This document shows, piece by piece, positions 9,160 through 18,167 of a stretch of DNA of 63,665 nt. The number at the start of each line of letters is the position of its first letter. Position 1 is the stretch's first letter. The stretch spans positions 1 to 63,665 of the forward strand of contig DASCPX010000248.1 in NCBI GenBank assembly GCA_036012755.1, read 5' to 3'. The notes beneath the pieces are model-generated. The model searched no databases. It was given only the letters and a program-made list of their open reading frames with translations, and was not told the origin of the DNA. Source of the DNA: Myxococcota bacterium. GTDB lineage: Bacteria; Myxococcota_A; UBA796; CAJQPC01. Both the position numbers and the translations under genes were made by a program.

Positions 9160-9744
9160 ATGCTGCTGCTGCTCACCGGTTTCGCCTTCGCCGGCCGGAC
9201 CATCGACGTCGAGGTCCAGCTCCCAGCCGAGCCGACCACCGGGAACGTCTACACCTCCTCCACGGAGATCTGGCGTGTCCGCAACGGGCGCGTGCTCGGC
9301 AGCTTCGAGGCGAGCTCGGAGGATCTTCGCTGCGACGTCGACGGGCGCTGGTTCGCAGCCGAGGTGAAGATGGAAGGGGGCGAGTTCCCCACCGCCTTCC
9401 CTCACACCATGCGCTGCTGGAACGAGGACGTCACGGTGCAGGTGACCCTCGTGCAGGCGCAGGCCTGGGGCGGGAACACCCACTACGCAAACGGCACCGT
9501 GACTCTCCCCCGCCAGCGCGGAACCGTCCAGCGCGCCTCGGTCGAGGTCCCCTACGACCACCTGAGCACCGGCCGTGTCCTGGCAGACGTGCGGGGGGTC
9601 TGGTGTGACGTCGAGGTCGACTCGGCGACGAAGGTCAACGTCCGCGTGTCCCCCACTGTGTTCGCCGAGGAAGCCACCTGCGAGCTACCCACAGAGGACG
9701 GCGGCACCATGCCCCTACGGATCGAGCTCCCGAAGGACATCTGA
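9160..9744 (+). CDS. Secreted hypothetical protein
   Basis: GAGGAG SD, then MLLLLTGFAFA signal; paired cysteines. Confidence 0.7.
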   Translation: MLLLLTGFAFAGRTIDVEVQLPAEPTTGNVYTSSTEIWRVRNGRVLGSFEASSEDLRCDVDGRWFAAEVKMEGGEFPTAFPHTMRCWNEDVTVQVTLVQAQAWGGNTHYANGTVTLPRQRGTVQRASVEVPYDHLSTGRVLADVRGVWCDVEVDSATKVNVRVSPTVFAEEATCELPTEDGGTMPLRIELPKDI

Positions 9745-9804
9745 GGTCCTCGCTCGAGGCTCCCGGTCCGACAGAGGTATCTTCTCGCTGCCGAGGAGTG
9801 TTCG

Positions 9805-10314
9805 ATGAAGCGTTTGCTGATCCCCACCGTCCTGATCGCCCTCGTCGCGTGCGAGGGCGGAGACCAGGCGACCTCTGAGGCCAAGAAACAGCTCGCTCAG
9901 CCCAAGAGCGAGATGGAGAAGGTCTGCGGTCGGGCGTTCACGGGCATCGAAGGAGCGCGCTCGAAGCTCGAGCAGCGCCTCACCGAGGAGCAGAAGACCC
10001 AGCTGTCGCCGCTGCCGCCGAAGGCAGACTTCGTGGCCATCTGCAAGGACCTCGACCCCGCGACCGCCAAGTGCCTGGACCCCAACTGGTACGAGGTCGC
10101 GGCTGACGAGTGCGGACCGCTCCTGGAGAAGGCTCCCAAGGAGGTCATGGAGAAGTTCGCGACCCTCGGCGACGAGCCCGAGGCCGAACAGACCGATGGC
10201 GAAGAGACCGAGGCCGCCGAAGAGGGCGCCGAGGGCGCCGAAGGCGAGGGTGCCGAGGCTGGCGCCGACGAGAAGTCCGCTGGTGACCTCGTGCAGGAAG
10301 CCATGAAGCAGTGA
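9805..10314 (+). CDS. Hypothetical lipoprotein with 4 Cys and an acidic tail
   Basis: MKRLLIPTVLIALVAC canonical lipobox; GAGGAG SD. Confidence 0.8.
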   Translation: MKRLLIPTVLIALVACEGGDQATSEAKKQLAQPKSEMEKVCGRAFTGIEGARSKLEQRLTEEQKTQLSPLPPKADFVAICKDLDPATAKCLDPNWYEVAADECGPLLEKAPKEVMEKFATLGDEPEAEQTDGEETEAAEEGAEGAEGEGAEAGADEKSAGDLVQEAMKQ

Positions 10315-11120
10315 TCCTCGCTCTGGTCGGCCTGGTACACGCCGAAGGCGTCGCCTCGGTCGGGGGAGTCCTCGGTGACCTCTCCCAAGTGCTCACCGAC
10401 CTCGAAGCGGGCCAGATCCAGATCACCCACCTGTCCATGGGCATCGTCTTCGACGACGGCGTCGGCTACTCGGTGCCCGTCACCCTGGGCGAGGGAGAGG
10501 ACATCCGCATCGTCGGCTTCGGCGATCGGGAGCGCATCGCCAACCTCGACATCTATGTCTTCGACGAGCGCGGCGAGCTCGTGGCCCAGGACGACGCGAC
10601 GGACAACCTCCCGATAGTCCCGCTCATCGCTCCACGGGCAGGGACCTACGACGTGCGCGTGGTCATCGCCGACCCGATGCCCGAGTGGGATCTCGGCTTC
10701 TTCGCCGTGGCCATGGGCTACGAGTCCGCGATCCCGCCCGTGAGCGCCGTCGAGCCCTTCGAGGTCACCCTCGCAGCCGCGCAGGTGCTGGAGGAGAACG
10801 GCTACCAGTTCATCCACGCCCAGTGGCTGACCTTGTCCCCAGAGGAGACCGGCTTCGTCCAGACCCGCGTCGACGACTGGGTGATGTGCACGGCGTATGC
10901 GGGCTCCTCGCCATCCCGGACCAAGAAGCTCGACATCTACGCTGCGGATCCAATGGACCAGCCGCGGGGCCACGATCGCCGTCACGGCGCCCTCGGCATG
11001 GTCGACTTCGTGCCGGTGCCACCCGGCGAGTGGATGTTCGCGCTGAACGCTCGGAAGCTGCAGCGGGGCTTCACCGACACCCACGCGGTGGTCGTGGTCG
11101 GCTGCTCCGACGAGTTCTAG
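10311..11120 (+). CDS. Secreted protein with two PPC-like beta-sandwich modules
   Basis: NLDIYVFDERGELVAQD and KLDIYAADP repeats; GTGA overlap with the upstream gene. Confidence 0.65.
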   Translation: MILALVGLVHAEGVASVGGVLGDLSQVLTDLEAGQIQITHLSMGIVFDDGVGYSVPVTLGEGEDIRIVGFGDRERIANLDIYVFDERGELVAQDDATDNLPIVPLIAPRAGTYDVRVVIADPMPEWDLGFFAVAMGYESAIPPVSAVEPFEVTLAAAQVLEENGYQFIHAQWLTLSPEETGFVQTRVDDWVMCTAYAGSSPSRTKKLDIYAADPMDQPRGHDRRHGALGMVDFVPVPPGEWMFALNARKLQRGFTDTHAVVVVGCSDEF

Positions 11121-11129
11121 CCCAGCGAC

Positions 11130-11543
11130 TCAGAGCTTCAACACCTCGGTCTCGAATGGGACCGTCCGTGGGATCAGGAGTGAGCGCACCTTGGCCTCGC
11201 CCGTGACCTTGACCTCCAGGCTGCCGCGGCTCATGGCGCGGACGATGGCGCTGCCCGCGGAGGCGTCGAGGCTGCCGGGCAGCTCGACCTGGACGCTCTC
11301 GCCCTTCTTCAGGCGGACCTTCTCTGGCAGGTCTCCGGCCCCGCCGACCACCGCGCCGTCGAAGACGAGGTCGTAGTCGACGTCCTTGAGCACCATCGGT
11401 GGTCCGGACTGGCGGGTCAGCTCGACGACGGCGGTGAAGGAGGCGCCGCTGAGCCCGACCTGGACGTCGCGGACCTCGACGAGCTCGACCTCGATGGTGG
11501 GTGCGGCGACGGCGAGGGAGGAGGCGAACAAGAGCAGGGTCAC
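11130..11543 (-). CDS. LEA type 2 / WHy domain protein
   Basis: VDYDLVFDGAVVGGAG...LEVKVTGEAKV pattern; signal peptide. Confidence 0.7.
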   Translation of the reverse strand: MTLLLFASSLAVAAPTIEVELVEVRDVQVGLSGASFTAVVELTRQSGPPMVLKDVDYDLVFDGAVVGGAGDLPEKVRLKKGESVQVELPGSLDASAGSAIVRAMSRGSLEVKVTGEAKVRSLLIPRTVPFETEVLKL

Positions 11544-12361
11544 AGCGGAGCTCCGAGGCGTTGGGCCAAGAGGGTGGACAGGGCGGCGAGCGCCAGGATG
11601 ACGAGGACACCGACCAGCGCCAGGACCATCCGGCGCTCCCTGGTGGGCTTGCCCACATCGATGATCTTCGCGATCTCGACGGTGAGCTGATCTTCGAAGG
11701 GCTCCCCGATGCGGAGGACGATGGCGGTGGTGTTGTCCTCTGCCGCGCGGCGCTCCAGCACGAGGTCGATGCGATCGAGGGCGGCGTCGGGAGGGTGCAA
11801 GCTGAGGATCTCGAACAGTTCACCGTCATCTACGGAGCTGTGGACGCCGTCGCTGCAGAGGACCAGGGTGTCGCCTGCAGTGAGCGCGATCGGCGCGAGC
11901 ACTGCCGGGTCCAGCTCCTCGCCGATGCCGACCGCGCGGGTCAGGACGGAGGAGCCGGGATCCTGGACGTGATCCTCGGTGAGCCAGTGAAAGCCGGTGG
12001 AGTCGAGGAGTCCGAGGCGACTGTCGCCGGCCCACGCCACCTCGAGGAGGGTCTCGGTGACCAGCGCGGCGACGACGGTCGTGCCCATTCCGGGGGTGCC
12101 GAGGCGGGCCGCTTCGGCTCGGACAGCCTGGTGGGCAGAGCGGATCGCGGCGGAAAGTCGCTCGGGCCTCTCGGCGGCCAGCACATGGTCGCGGACGGTG
12201 TCTGCGCAGATGCGCGCCGCCCGGCCCCCGCCCTCGGCGCCCCCCATGCCGTCGCAGACCACCAGCAAGAGGGCGTCGTCGACCGGGTGGACGAGGTGAA
12301 CGTCCTGGTTGCCATCCCTCATGCGGGTGCTGGTTCTGAACCCGACCTCGAATCCCTGCAC
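11540..12361 (-). CDS. PP2C-family Ser/Thr phosphatase with a C-terminal TM helix
   Basis: VCDGMGG, MGTT, AGDSR, LTEDH, LCSDG and DNTT motifs. Confidence 0.9.
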   Translation of the reverse strand: MQGFEVGFRTSTRMRDGNQDVHLVHPVDDALLLVVCDGMGGAEGGGRAARICADTVRDHVLAAERPERLSAAIRSAHQAVRAEAARLGTPGMGTTVVAALVTETLLEVAWAGDSRLGLLDSTGFHWLTEDHVQDPGSSVLTRAVGIGEELDPAVLAPIALTAGDTLVLCSDGVHSSVDDGELFEILSLHPPDAALDRIDLVLERRAAEDNTTAIVLRIGEPFEDQLTVEIAKIIDVGKPTRERRMVLALVGVLVILALAALSTLLAQRLGAPL

Positions 12362-12422
12362 GTCAGTCCGTCTTCGGGGGGCGCCCCGGGGGGCTGGTCA
12401 TGATCGAGCTATCACACAGGGC

Positions 12423-14336
12423 ATGAGGCGGCTCCTGCCAATCCTCGTGGTCCTTGCGCCCTTGTTGCTCTTCCCGGGGGTCCTCGCCGGTCGCGTCTTG
12501 TCCGCGGATGACCACCTGAGCGTGCACCACGCCTACCAACTCGGCGCTGGTGGTCACGTCCGGCATCCGCTGTTGTCCGATCCCGCCGTGCAGTTCGCCG
12601 CCCTCCGCCACCAGGTCGTCTCACAGATCCGAGCGGGGGAGGCTCCCCTGTGGAACCCGGATCTCTACGGCGGAGCTCCGCTCTTGGCGGACGGGCAGTC
12701 GATGGTCGGCTCGCCGGTGACCTGGCTCCACCTGGTGCTCCCGAATCCAGCCGCGCAGACCGCCGGCGCTCTCTGGATCCTCGTCTGGGCGGGCATCGGG
12801 ACCTGGCTGCTGCTCCGGGAGCTCGACCTCCCGCCCCCTGCCGCCCTCGCGGGTGCCTTCGCGGTCCAGACCACGCCATTTCTCAGCGTCTGGCTGCTCC
12901 ACCCGCACGCGGCCACCTTTTGCTGGCTGCCGGGGCTGTTGTGGGCCATCGAGCGCCGCAGCATCCCGCTGGTCGCCCTCGCTGGCGCCGGGCTGGTCGG
13001 GGGCGGCCATCCCGAGACGGTCGCCCACGCCGGTCTGATAGCGCTGGGGTGGATGCTTGTTCGAGCTCGTAGCTGGCGCGTCCTCGTCGGGGGTCTGCTC
13101 GGGTTGCTGCTGTCGGCGCCCCTGTGGCTGCCCCTGGTCGACAACGCGCTGGGCAGCGCCACCGCCCAGGCCCACGGCTGGAACCGCATGCCGGTGGCCG
13201 CGCTCGCCGACCTGGTCTGGCCAAACCTCCGAGGGCACCCCGCGCTGGACGCCGAGGCGCCGGCTGGCTGGGCCGATGGAGTCCTGCACCCCGGACTGGC
13301 CGCGTTGGCCCTCGCCCTGTTGGCGATTCGCTCCCGGTGGCGTTGGCTGTGGCTGCCCTGGGCCGCCTGTGTCGGGATCGCCCTGATCGGCACGCCGCTG
13401 CTCAACAGCGCCAGGCTGGGCGAGATCGGCGCGGTCTTCCTCGCCCTCGTCGCGGCCTTCGGTGTCGCCGAGCTCCCTCGAGGCCGGTGGCTGGCTCCAG
13501 TCCTGGTCCTCGCCACGGGGGTGTGGGCGCGCTGGCACGACCAGGGCACGCTCGCCGAGCTGGAGGAGCCAGCGCCCTGGACCGAGGAGATCGCAGAGGT
13601 CGTCGGCGAGGGCCGCGTCATCGGCCTCGGCTGGGCGCTGCAGCCCAACACCGGGAGCCTGGTCGGGCTGAAGGACCTGCGTGGCTATGACCTGCCGGTC
13701 TCCGAGCGGACCGAGCTCCTCATGCGGGCGCTCGATCGGCGACTGGTCCGGCCCTGGTTCCCGATCGAGTCGGTCAACGCCCAGAACAGGAAGCTCCTGG
13801 AGTTCGCGGCGGTGCGCGTGGTGCTGGCACCAGAGGAGCACCACGGTCTGGATCCCTACGACCTGGAGGCGCCGCTGCACGCCTACCTGCTCGACCCGGT
13901 GGCTCCGCGCGCCTGGCTCGCCACTGGTGGGCGCAGGGCGACGAACTGGCAGCAGGCCCTCGACTTCGTCCGCACGGGCTACGCAGGACGGGGCAACCCG
14001 GCGGTCGAAGACCTGGGCCTCGGCTACCCGGCAGAGGGCGAGGTGCTGTCCATCGAGTGGGTCCATGACGGCGCCGGCGAGGTCGTCCTCGGTCTCCCGG
14101 ATGGTCACCCGCGCGGGGTCGTGGTGCTCGCCGATCGCTTCGATGAGGACTGGGTCGTCGAGGTCGACGGCGAGGAGGCCGAGCTGCTTCGCGTGGCTGG
14201 CTTCTTCCGCGGGGTCGAGGTCGCCGCAGGAGCCGCCGAGGTGCGGTTTCTGTACACACCCTGGTCCTGGCGGGTCGGCCTGGCGCTGATGGGCCTCGGC
14301 CTCATCGGGGTCCTGGGGAGCCTGCGTGCTCGCTGA
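12423..14336 (+). CDS. YfhO-like polytopic membrane protein (GT-C-like)
   Basis: PLWNPDLYGGAPLLAD; many TM helices; C-terminal W.VEVDG...FRGVEV.AG..EVRF.Y.P. Confidence 0.8.
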   Translation: MRRLLPILVVLAPLLLFPGVLAGRVLSADDHLSVHHAYQLGAGGHVRHPLLSDPAVQFAALRHQVVSQIRAGEAPLWNPDLYGGAPLLADGQSMVGSPVTWLHLVLPNPAAQTAGALWILVWAGIGTWLLLRELDLPPPAALAGAFAVQTTPFLSVWLLHPHAATFCWLPGLLWAIERRSIPLVALAGAGLVGGGHPETVAHAGLIALGWMLVRARSWRVLVGGLLGLLLSAPLWLPLVDNALGSATAQAHGWNRMPVAALADLVWPNLRGHPALDAEAPAGWADGVLHPGLAALALALLAIRSRWRWLWLPWAACVGIALIGTPLLNSARLGEIGAVFLALVAAFGVAELPRGRWLAPVLVLATGVWARWHDQGTLAELEEPAPWTEEIAEVVGEGRVIGLGWALQPNTGSLVGLKDLRGYDLPVSERTELLMRALDRRLVRPWFPIESVNAQNRKLLEFAAVRVVLAPEEHHGLDPYDLEAPLHAYLLDPVAPRAWLATGGRRATNWQQALDFVRTGYAGRGNPAVEDLGLGYPAEGEVLSIEWVHDGAGEVVLGLPDGHPRGVVVLADRFDEDWVVEVDGEEAELLRVAGFFRGVEVAAGAAEVRFLYTPWSWRVGLALMGLGLIGVLGSLRAR

Positions 14337-15519
14337 GCGGCAGGCAGAGGCGATCGCCTTCCTCGAACAGCGCCGAGGACGCTGGGTCAACAACGCCTTC
14401 CTCGGCGAGGAGATGCTCTGGAGGGAGGAGGCGCCCGAGCTCCACCAGAGGCTCTGCTCCTTGTCCTTCGACGAGGTCGAAGCGGGCGAGCGCGGCGAGC
14501 TGGAGCTGCCGGAGCCCTTCCCGACCTGGCGGCGACGAGCTCGGATCCGCCTGCCTCGACTGGCCACCGTCGAGCTGCCGTCACGGGGCTGGAACCGGGC
14601 CATCAAGGGTCGCAAGTGGGCCCAGGTCGAGGCCTTCGCGCGGGTGGTGCTCGGCAACCTCCCGACCGACGGCAGCCTCGTCGAGTGGTGCTCTGGCAAG
14701 GGTCACCTCGGGCGCAACCTCTGCATCTGGAGCGGTCGCCCAGCCCGCTGCATCGAGATCGATCCCGCCTTGTGTGCGGCCGGTCGGCGCAGGCTTCGCG
14801 ACGAGCCGGTCACCTTCGTCACCGCCGACGTCACGGAGCCCTCGACCGCTGAACACCTCCACCCCGGGGACTCGGTCCTGGCTCTCCACGCCTGCGGGGA
14901 GCTCCTGGCGGCCCTGCTGCCAGCCAGCGACGAGCTGGGTTTCCTCGCCGCCGCGCCTTGCTGCTACCACCGCACCGAGCAGCCCTTTCTCGGCTCCCAG
15001 ACCATGGAGCTCGACGACCAGCACGTGCGCCTCGCCACCGTCGGCGAGACCTGCGCGGGGGTCGCGACCCAGCGGGTGAGGCGACGGGAGCACGCCTGGC
15101 GGGCCGCGCTGGACCTGCTCGTTCGCGAGGCCACGGGCGAAGACCGCTACCACCCCACGCGTCCCTGCAAGCAGAGCGACATCACCCAGCGCAGCTTCGA
15201 GGAGTTCGTGCGCTGGATCGCCGATGACAGGGGGCTGCCGCTGCCCGAGTTCGACCCGGAGCGAGCCGAGCGAGCCGGCTGGGAGCGGGCGCGGGTCATC
15301 CGTGCTCTGGGTCTTGTTCGCGCGATCTACGGGCGGCGTCTCGAGCACGTCCTGTGCACGGACCGGGCGCTCTATCTCGAGGAGCGCGGCTGGAGCGTCG
15401 AGATCGGCACCTTCTGCGGGCGCGAGGTCACCCCTCGGAACCTGGCCTTCGTGGCTCGGCCCGAGAGGGCTCGTGGCCGACCTCGACCTGTAGATCGTAG
15501 GCCACCTCCAGGCGCTTGA
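14326..15519 (+). CDS. SAM-dependent methyltransferase (Methyltransf_32-like)
   Basis: EWCSGKGHLGR, ALHACGEL, APCCYH, DRALYLEE.G and TPRN motifs. Confidence 0.85.
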   Translation: MLAERQAEAIAFLEQRRGRWVNNAFLGEEMLWREEAPELHQRLCSLSFDEVEAGERGELELPEPFPTWRRRARIRLPRLATVELPSRGWNRAIKGRKWAQVEAFARVVLGNLPTDGSLVEWCSGKGHLGRNLCIWSGRPARCIEIDPALCAAGRRRLRDEPVTFVTADVTEPSTAEHLHPGDSVLALHACGELLAALLPASDELGFLAAAPCCYHRTEQPFLGSQTMELDDQHVRLATVGETCAGVATQRVRRREHAWRAALDLLVREATGEDRYHPTRPCKQSDITQRSFEEFVRWIADDRGLPLPEFDPERAERAGWERARVIRALGLVRAIYGRRLEHVLCTDRALYLEERGWSVEIGTFCGREVTPRNLAFVARPERARGRPRPVDRRPPPGA

Positions 15520-16324
15520 GCGCCCAGAGGCTCTGGCGGTTCAGCTCGTGGTCGTCCGTGAAGCCGCCTGGCTCGACTCCGGCGTCCCAGCCCCACCACG
15601 TGTGTGACGTGTCACCCACCAGCAGCACCTCCTGGTCGGGGCCGTTGACCAGGAAAGAGAGCGAGCCGGGTGTGTGTCCGGGGGTGTAGAGCGCCCAGAA
15701 GCCCCCGTCGCCCGTCAGATCCCAGCACTGGAACTCCCCGATCCGCACCGAGTCCTCCAGGTCCAGCTCGCGCACGGTCTTGCCCTGGAGGAGCCCCTTG
15801 TAGGCGTGACGAAAGGCTGCGTACTCGGGGGCGGTCTCGGTCCACTCGTCGGGGCCCGTGATGATGGGCAGCTCGTCAGGCAGCGCCCCGACGCCGAGCA
15901 CGTGGTCCGCGTGCTTGTGGGTCAGGGCGGCGCCTTTCAGGGTCACGCCCTCCAGGATGTCCTCGAGGGGCTCGACCACCTCTCCGCCGTCCCGGAAGGC
16001 GATGTTGGCGAGGCGCCCTCCGTCGATCCGGCCCTCCTCCACCAGCGAGATGCCGGTGTCGACGATCCAGTCTCCGTCGGGGTGAGCGACGTGGTGGACC
16101 GTGAGCACGATGGGCATCTTGCCCCCCTGCAGGTCCGCGGCGAGCTCGTGGTCGAAGTTGATGAGTCCCTCGCGCTTGCCCTTCCAGCGTGCGCTGGTGT
16201 GGGGTGTCCAGAGGACCTCGCCGGGACGAGCCAGGACCTCGTCCCACGTCAGCGGGGCGGTGGTCTCGAGGTGGTGGGTGGACAGGGGCGGGTGCCAGGC
16301 TGTGCAGCCCAAGAGCAGGAGCAT
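15428..16324 (-). CDS. Metallo-beta-lactamase-fold hydrolase (AHL-lactonase-like); lipoprotein
   Basis: VDTG, THKHADH, TPGHTPGS, VGD and GHE motifs; MLLLLGC start. Confidence 0.85.
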   Translation of the reverse strand: MLLLLGCTAWHPPLSTHHLETTAPLTWDEVLARPGEVLWTPHTSARWKGKREGLINFDHELAADLQGGKMPIVLTVHHVAHPDGDWIVDTGISLVEEGRIDGGRLANIAFRDGGEVVEPLEDILEGVTLKGAALTHKHADHVLGVGALPDELPIITGPDEWTETAPEYAAFRHAYKGLLQGKTVRELDLEDSVRIGEFQCWDLTGDGGFWALYTPGHTPGSLSFLVNGPDQEVLLVGDTSHTWWGWDAGVEPGGFTDDHELNRQSLWALKRLEVAYDLQVEVGHEPSRAEPRRPGSEG

Positions 16325-16333
16325 CTCCGGCGA

Positions 16334-17062
16334 CTAACCCGGATCGATTGCGAGCTCGCGGCGGACCTCGCGCCAGGCCTCGGTCCAGCTGCCGTCGGCG
16401 CTGCGGATCTGGAGGGCGCCGAGCTCGCAGTGCTCGCCGTGGCCGGCCACGCGGATGGCGATCATCGCGTCGTTGCCCTCTCTGAAGGTCACCTCGAGGC
16501 GGCCGAGGAGCTCCAGCCCCACCTCGGCGATGGCGCGCTCGGGACGGGGGTCTGCGGCGGCGTGGCAGAGCACGAAGCGACCTCTGGGGGCGAGGTGACG
16601 CGCAGCGGTGGCTGCCCAGTCGTACACGTCTCCGTTGAGCTCGAGGCGAGCTGCCGCGCGCTGGGGGTGGGGCGAGCGCGCGCCTCGGTCGACGGGCACA
16701 TAGGGCGGGTTGCCGGTGATGAGGTCGAAGCGCTGGTCGCAGTCGAAGTCGCGGAGGTCCTCGTGACGAAGCTCCACCCGGTCCTCGACGCGGTTTTGGG
16801 CGACGGTCATGCGGCAGCACTCGATGGAGACCTCCTGCAGCTCGACGGAGGTCAGGGTCGCCTCTGGGCGGTGGAACAGACCCAGCAGCCCGATGCTGCC
16901 CACGCCGCTGCCGAGATCGAGCAGGCGCTTCGCCCCTGGCGCGACCTTCAGGCCCACCCAGGCGGTGAGCAGGTCGTCGGTGGTGTGGCGGTGACCCCGC
17001 TGGAGCTGAACGATCTTCCAGTCGCCAGCGAGCCGATCGACTGTGTGCTCGTTGTCGCTCAT
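16334..17062 (-). CDS. tRNA1(Val) A37 N6-methyltransferase-like (YfiC/TrmN6 family)
   Basis: LDLGSGVGSIG and GNPPY motifs; Q...GHRHTTDDLL N-terminus; ARLE. Confidence 0.8.
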   Translation of the reverse strand: MSDNEHTVDRLAGDWKIVQLQRGHRHTTDDLLTAWVGLKVAPGAKRLLDLGSGVGSIGLLGLFHRPEATLTSVELQEVSIECCRMTVAQNRVEDRVELRHEDLRDFDCDQRFDLITGNPPYVPVDRGARSPHPQRAAARLELNGDVYDWAATAARHLAPRGRFVLCHAAADPRPERAIAEVGLELLGRLEVTFREGNDAMIAIRVAGHGEHCELGALQIRSADGSWTEAWREVRRELAIDPG

Positions 17063-17125
17063 GTGAAAGGTGGGGTAGCCCAGGAGCGTTGGAACTGCCT
17101 CCCCCCAACGGATGTCCACCGACAC

Positions 17126-17470
17126 ATGTTCCTCGCCCTGCTGATGACCGCACACGCCAAGAGCTGGTGCGCCAACGAGCTGGTCGTGCACGAGTGGGGA
17201 GTCGCCGTCTTCCCTGCCAGCGGCGATGCCCTGCCAGGTCACTTCCACACGACGGGCCCTTCGAAGGCCCGCTCGGAGACCAGCGTCCTCGACATGCCCG
17301 TAGACACCGGAGAGCGCGCCAAGCCGGTCGTCGCCTTCCACGTCGCCAGCCCCCAGTACGTGCACGAGATCCCCGTGGCGGTCTCGGTCGGCTTCACCCA
17401 GGGCCGCGCAAAGGCCTGGTATCCCCAGGTCGACCAGCTGCGGCGGAACCAGCCGTTGCCCGAGGCGTGG
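17126..17470 (+). pseudogene. Truncated secreted protein of the 'VHEWG...WYP' type
   Basis: MFLALLMTAHA signal; LVVHEWG, KPVVAF and AWYPQ motifs. The frame turns to non-coding-like sequence after ~17460 although it stays open to 17770. Confidence 0.55.
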
Positions 17471-17600
17471 CGGAGCACATGGGCAAGGGTGGGTCCGCTG
17501 GGCACGGGGGCGGGCAGCGCCCTGGCGCCCCAGGCCCACATGCGCTGGCGGCCAGCGGGACTGGTAGGCTCCTGTCGCCCCCAAACTCCAAGGAGACGCC

Positions 17601-17840
17601 ATGGACCCCCTCGACGGCATTCCTGCGGCGCTTCAAGCCGAGGTCAAGCAGCGCTGGGCCGCCGAGGTTGCTGGCGGTCGCGCACTCTACGAGGCCGACG
17701 GCTCCCGCGTCGGCATGGTTGGGCAGTGGAAGGTGAGCCGCTTGCTCAAGAACCACGGCATCAATCCTGATACCGATGGGCGGTGGGAGCGGGTGCGCGC
17801 CCACGGAAGGGACCTGTACTACGGGCGGAAGAACCCGTAG
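17601..17840 (+). CDS. Small hypothetical protein (79 aa)
   Basis: TAGGCT -10-like hexamer at 17565; strong AAGGAG SD; protein-like composition. Confidence 0.6.
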   Translation: MDPLDGIPAALQAEVKQRWAAEVAGGRALYEADGSRVGMVGQWKVSRLLKNHGINPDTDGRWERVRAHGRDLYYGRKNP

Positions 17841-18015
17841 GCGAAGCTGGGGAGCGATCGTCATCCTGCGGCTGTCAGCGCAATGGCGGCCAGGAGTCCG
17901 CCGCTGCCCGAATGGGGTCGACCCGTGCCGCGACAGCCGAGCCCGCCCGACAACCCCGCCGGGCGTGCCCCCGAAGCAGCCGGCGTCAACGCCTCAAGCC
18001 GGCCGGCCTTCAGTG

Positions 18016-18078
18016 CCCGATGGGATCACTCTGGGATCAGTCGGGTACGAAATGGACGCTGGCAGTGATCCCATCGGG
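18016..18078. repeat. 15-bp perfect inverted repeat with internal TGGGATCA direct repeats
   Basis: CCCGATGGGATCACT (18016-18030) / AGTGATCCCATCGGG (18064-18078); second TGGGATCA at 18032. Confidence 0.8.
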
Positions 18079-18167
18079 AGATCTGGCGATCTTGCGTGCC
18101 CCAGGAAAACATGCTTGATACCAACGGTATCCGCGCCTTCGGTAACGTCTCCGCGTCCCTCGCCCTT

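Noticed and set aside
15428..15519. 92-bp convergent overlap between the methyltransferase and the MBL hydrolase
   Set aside because: Both tails lie beyond the conserved domains; most likely stop-codon drift in GC-rich DNA
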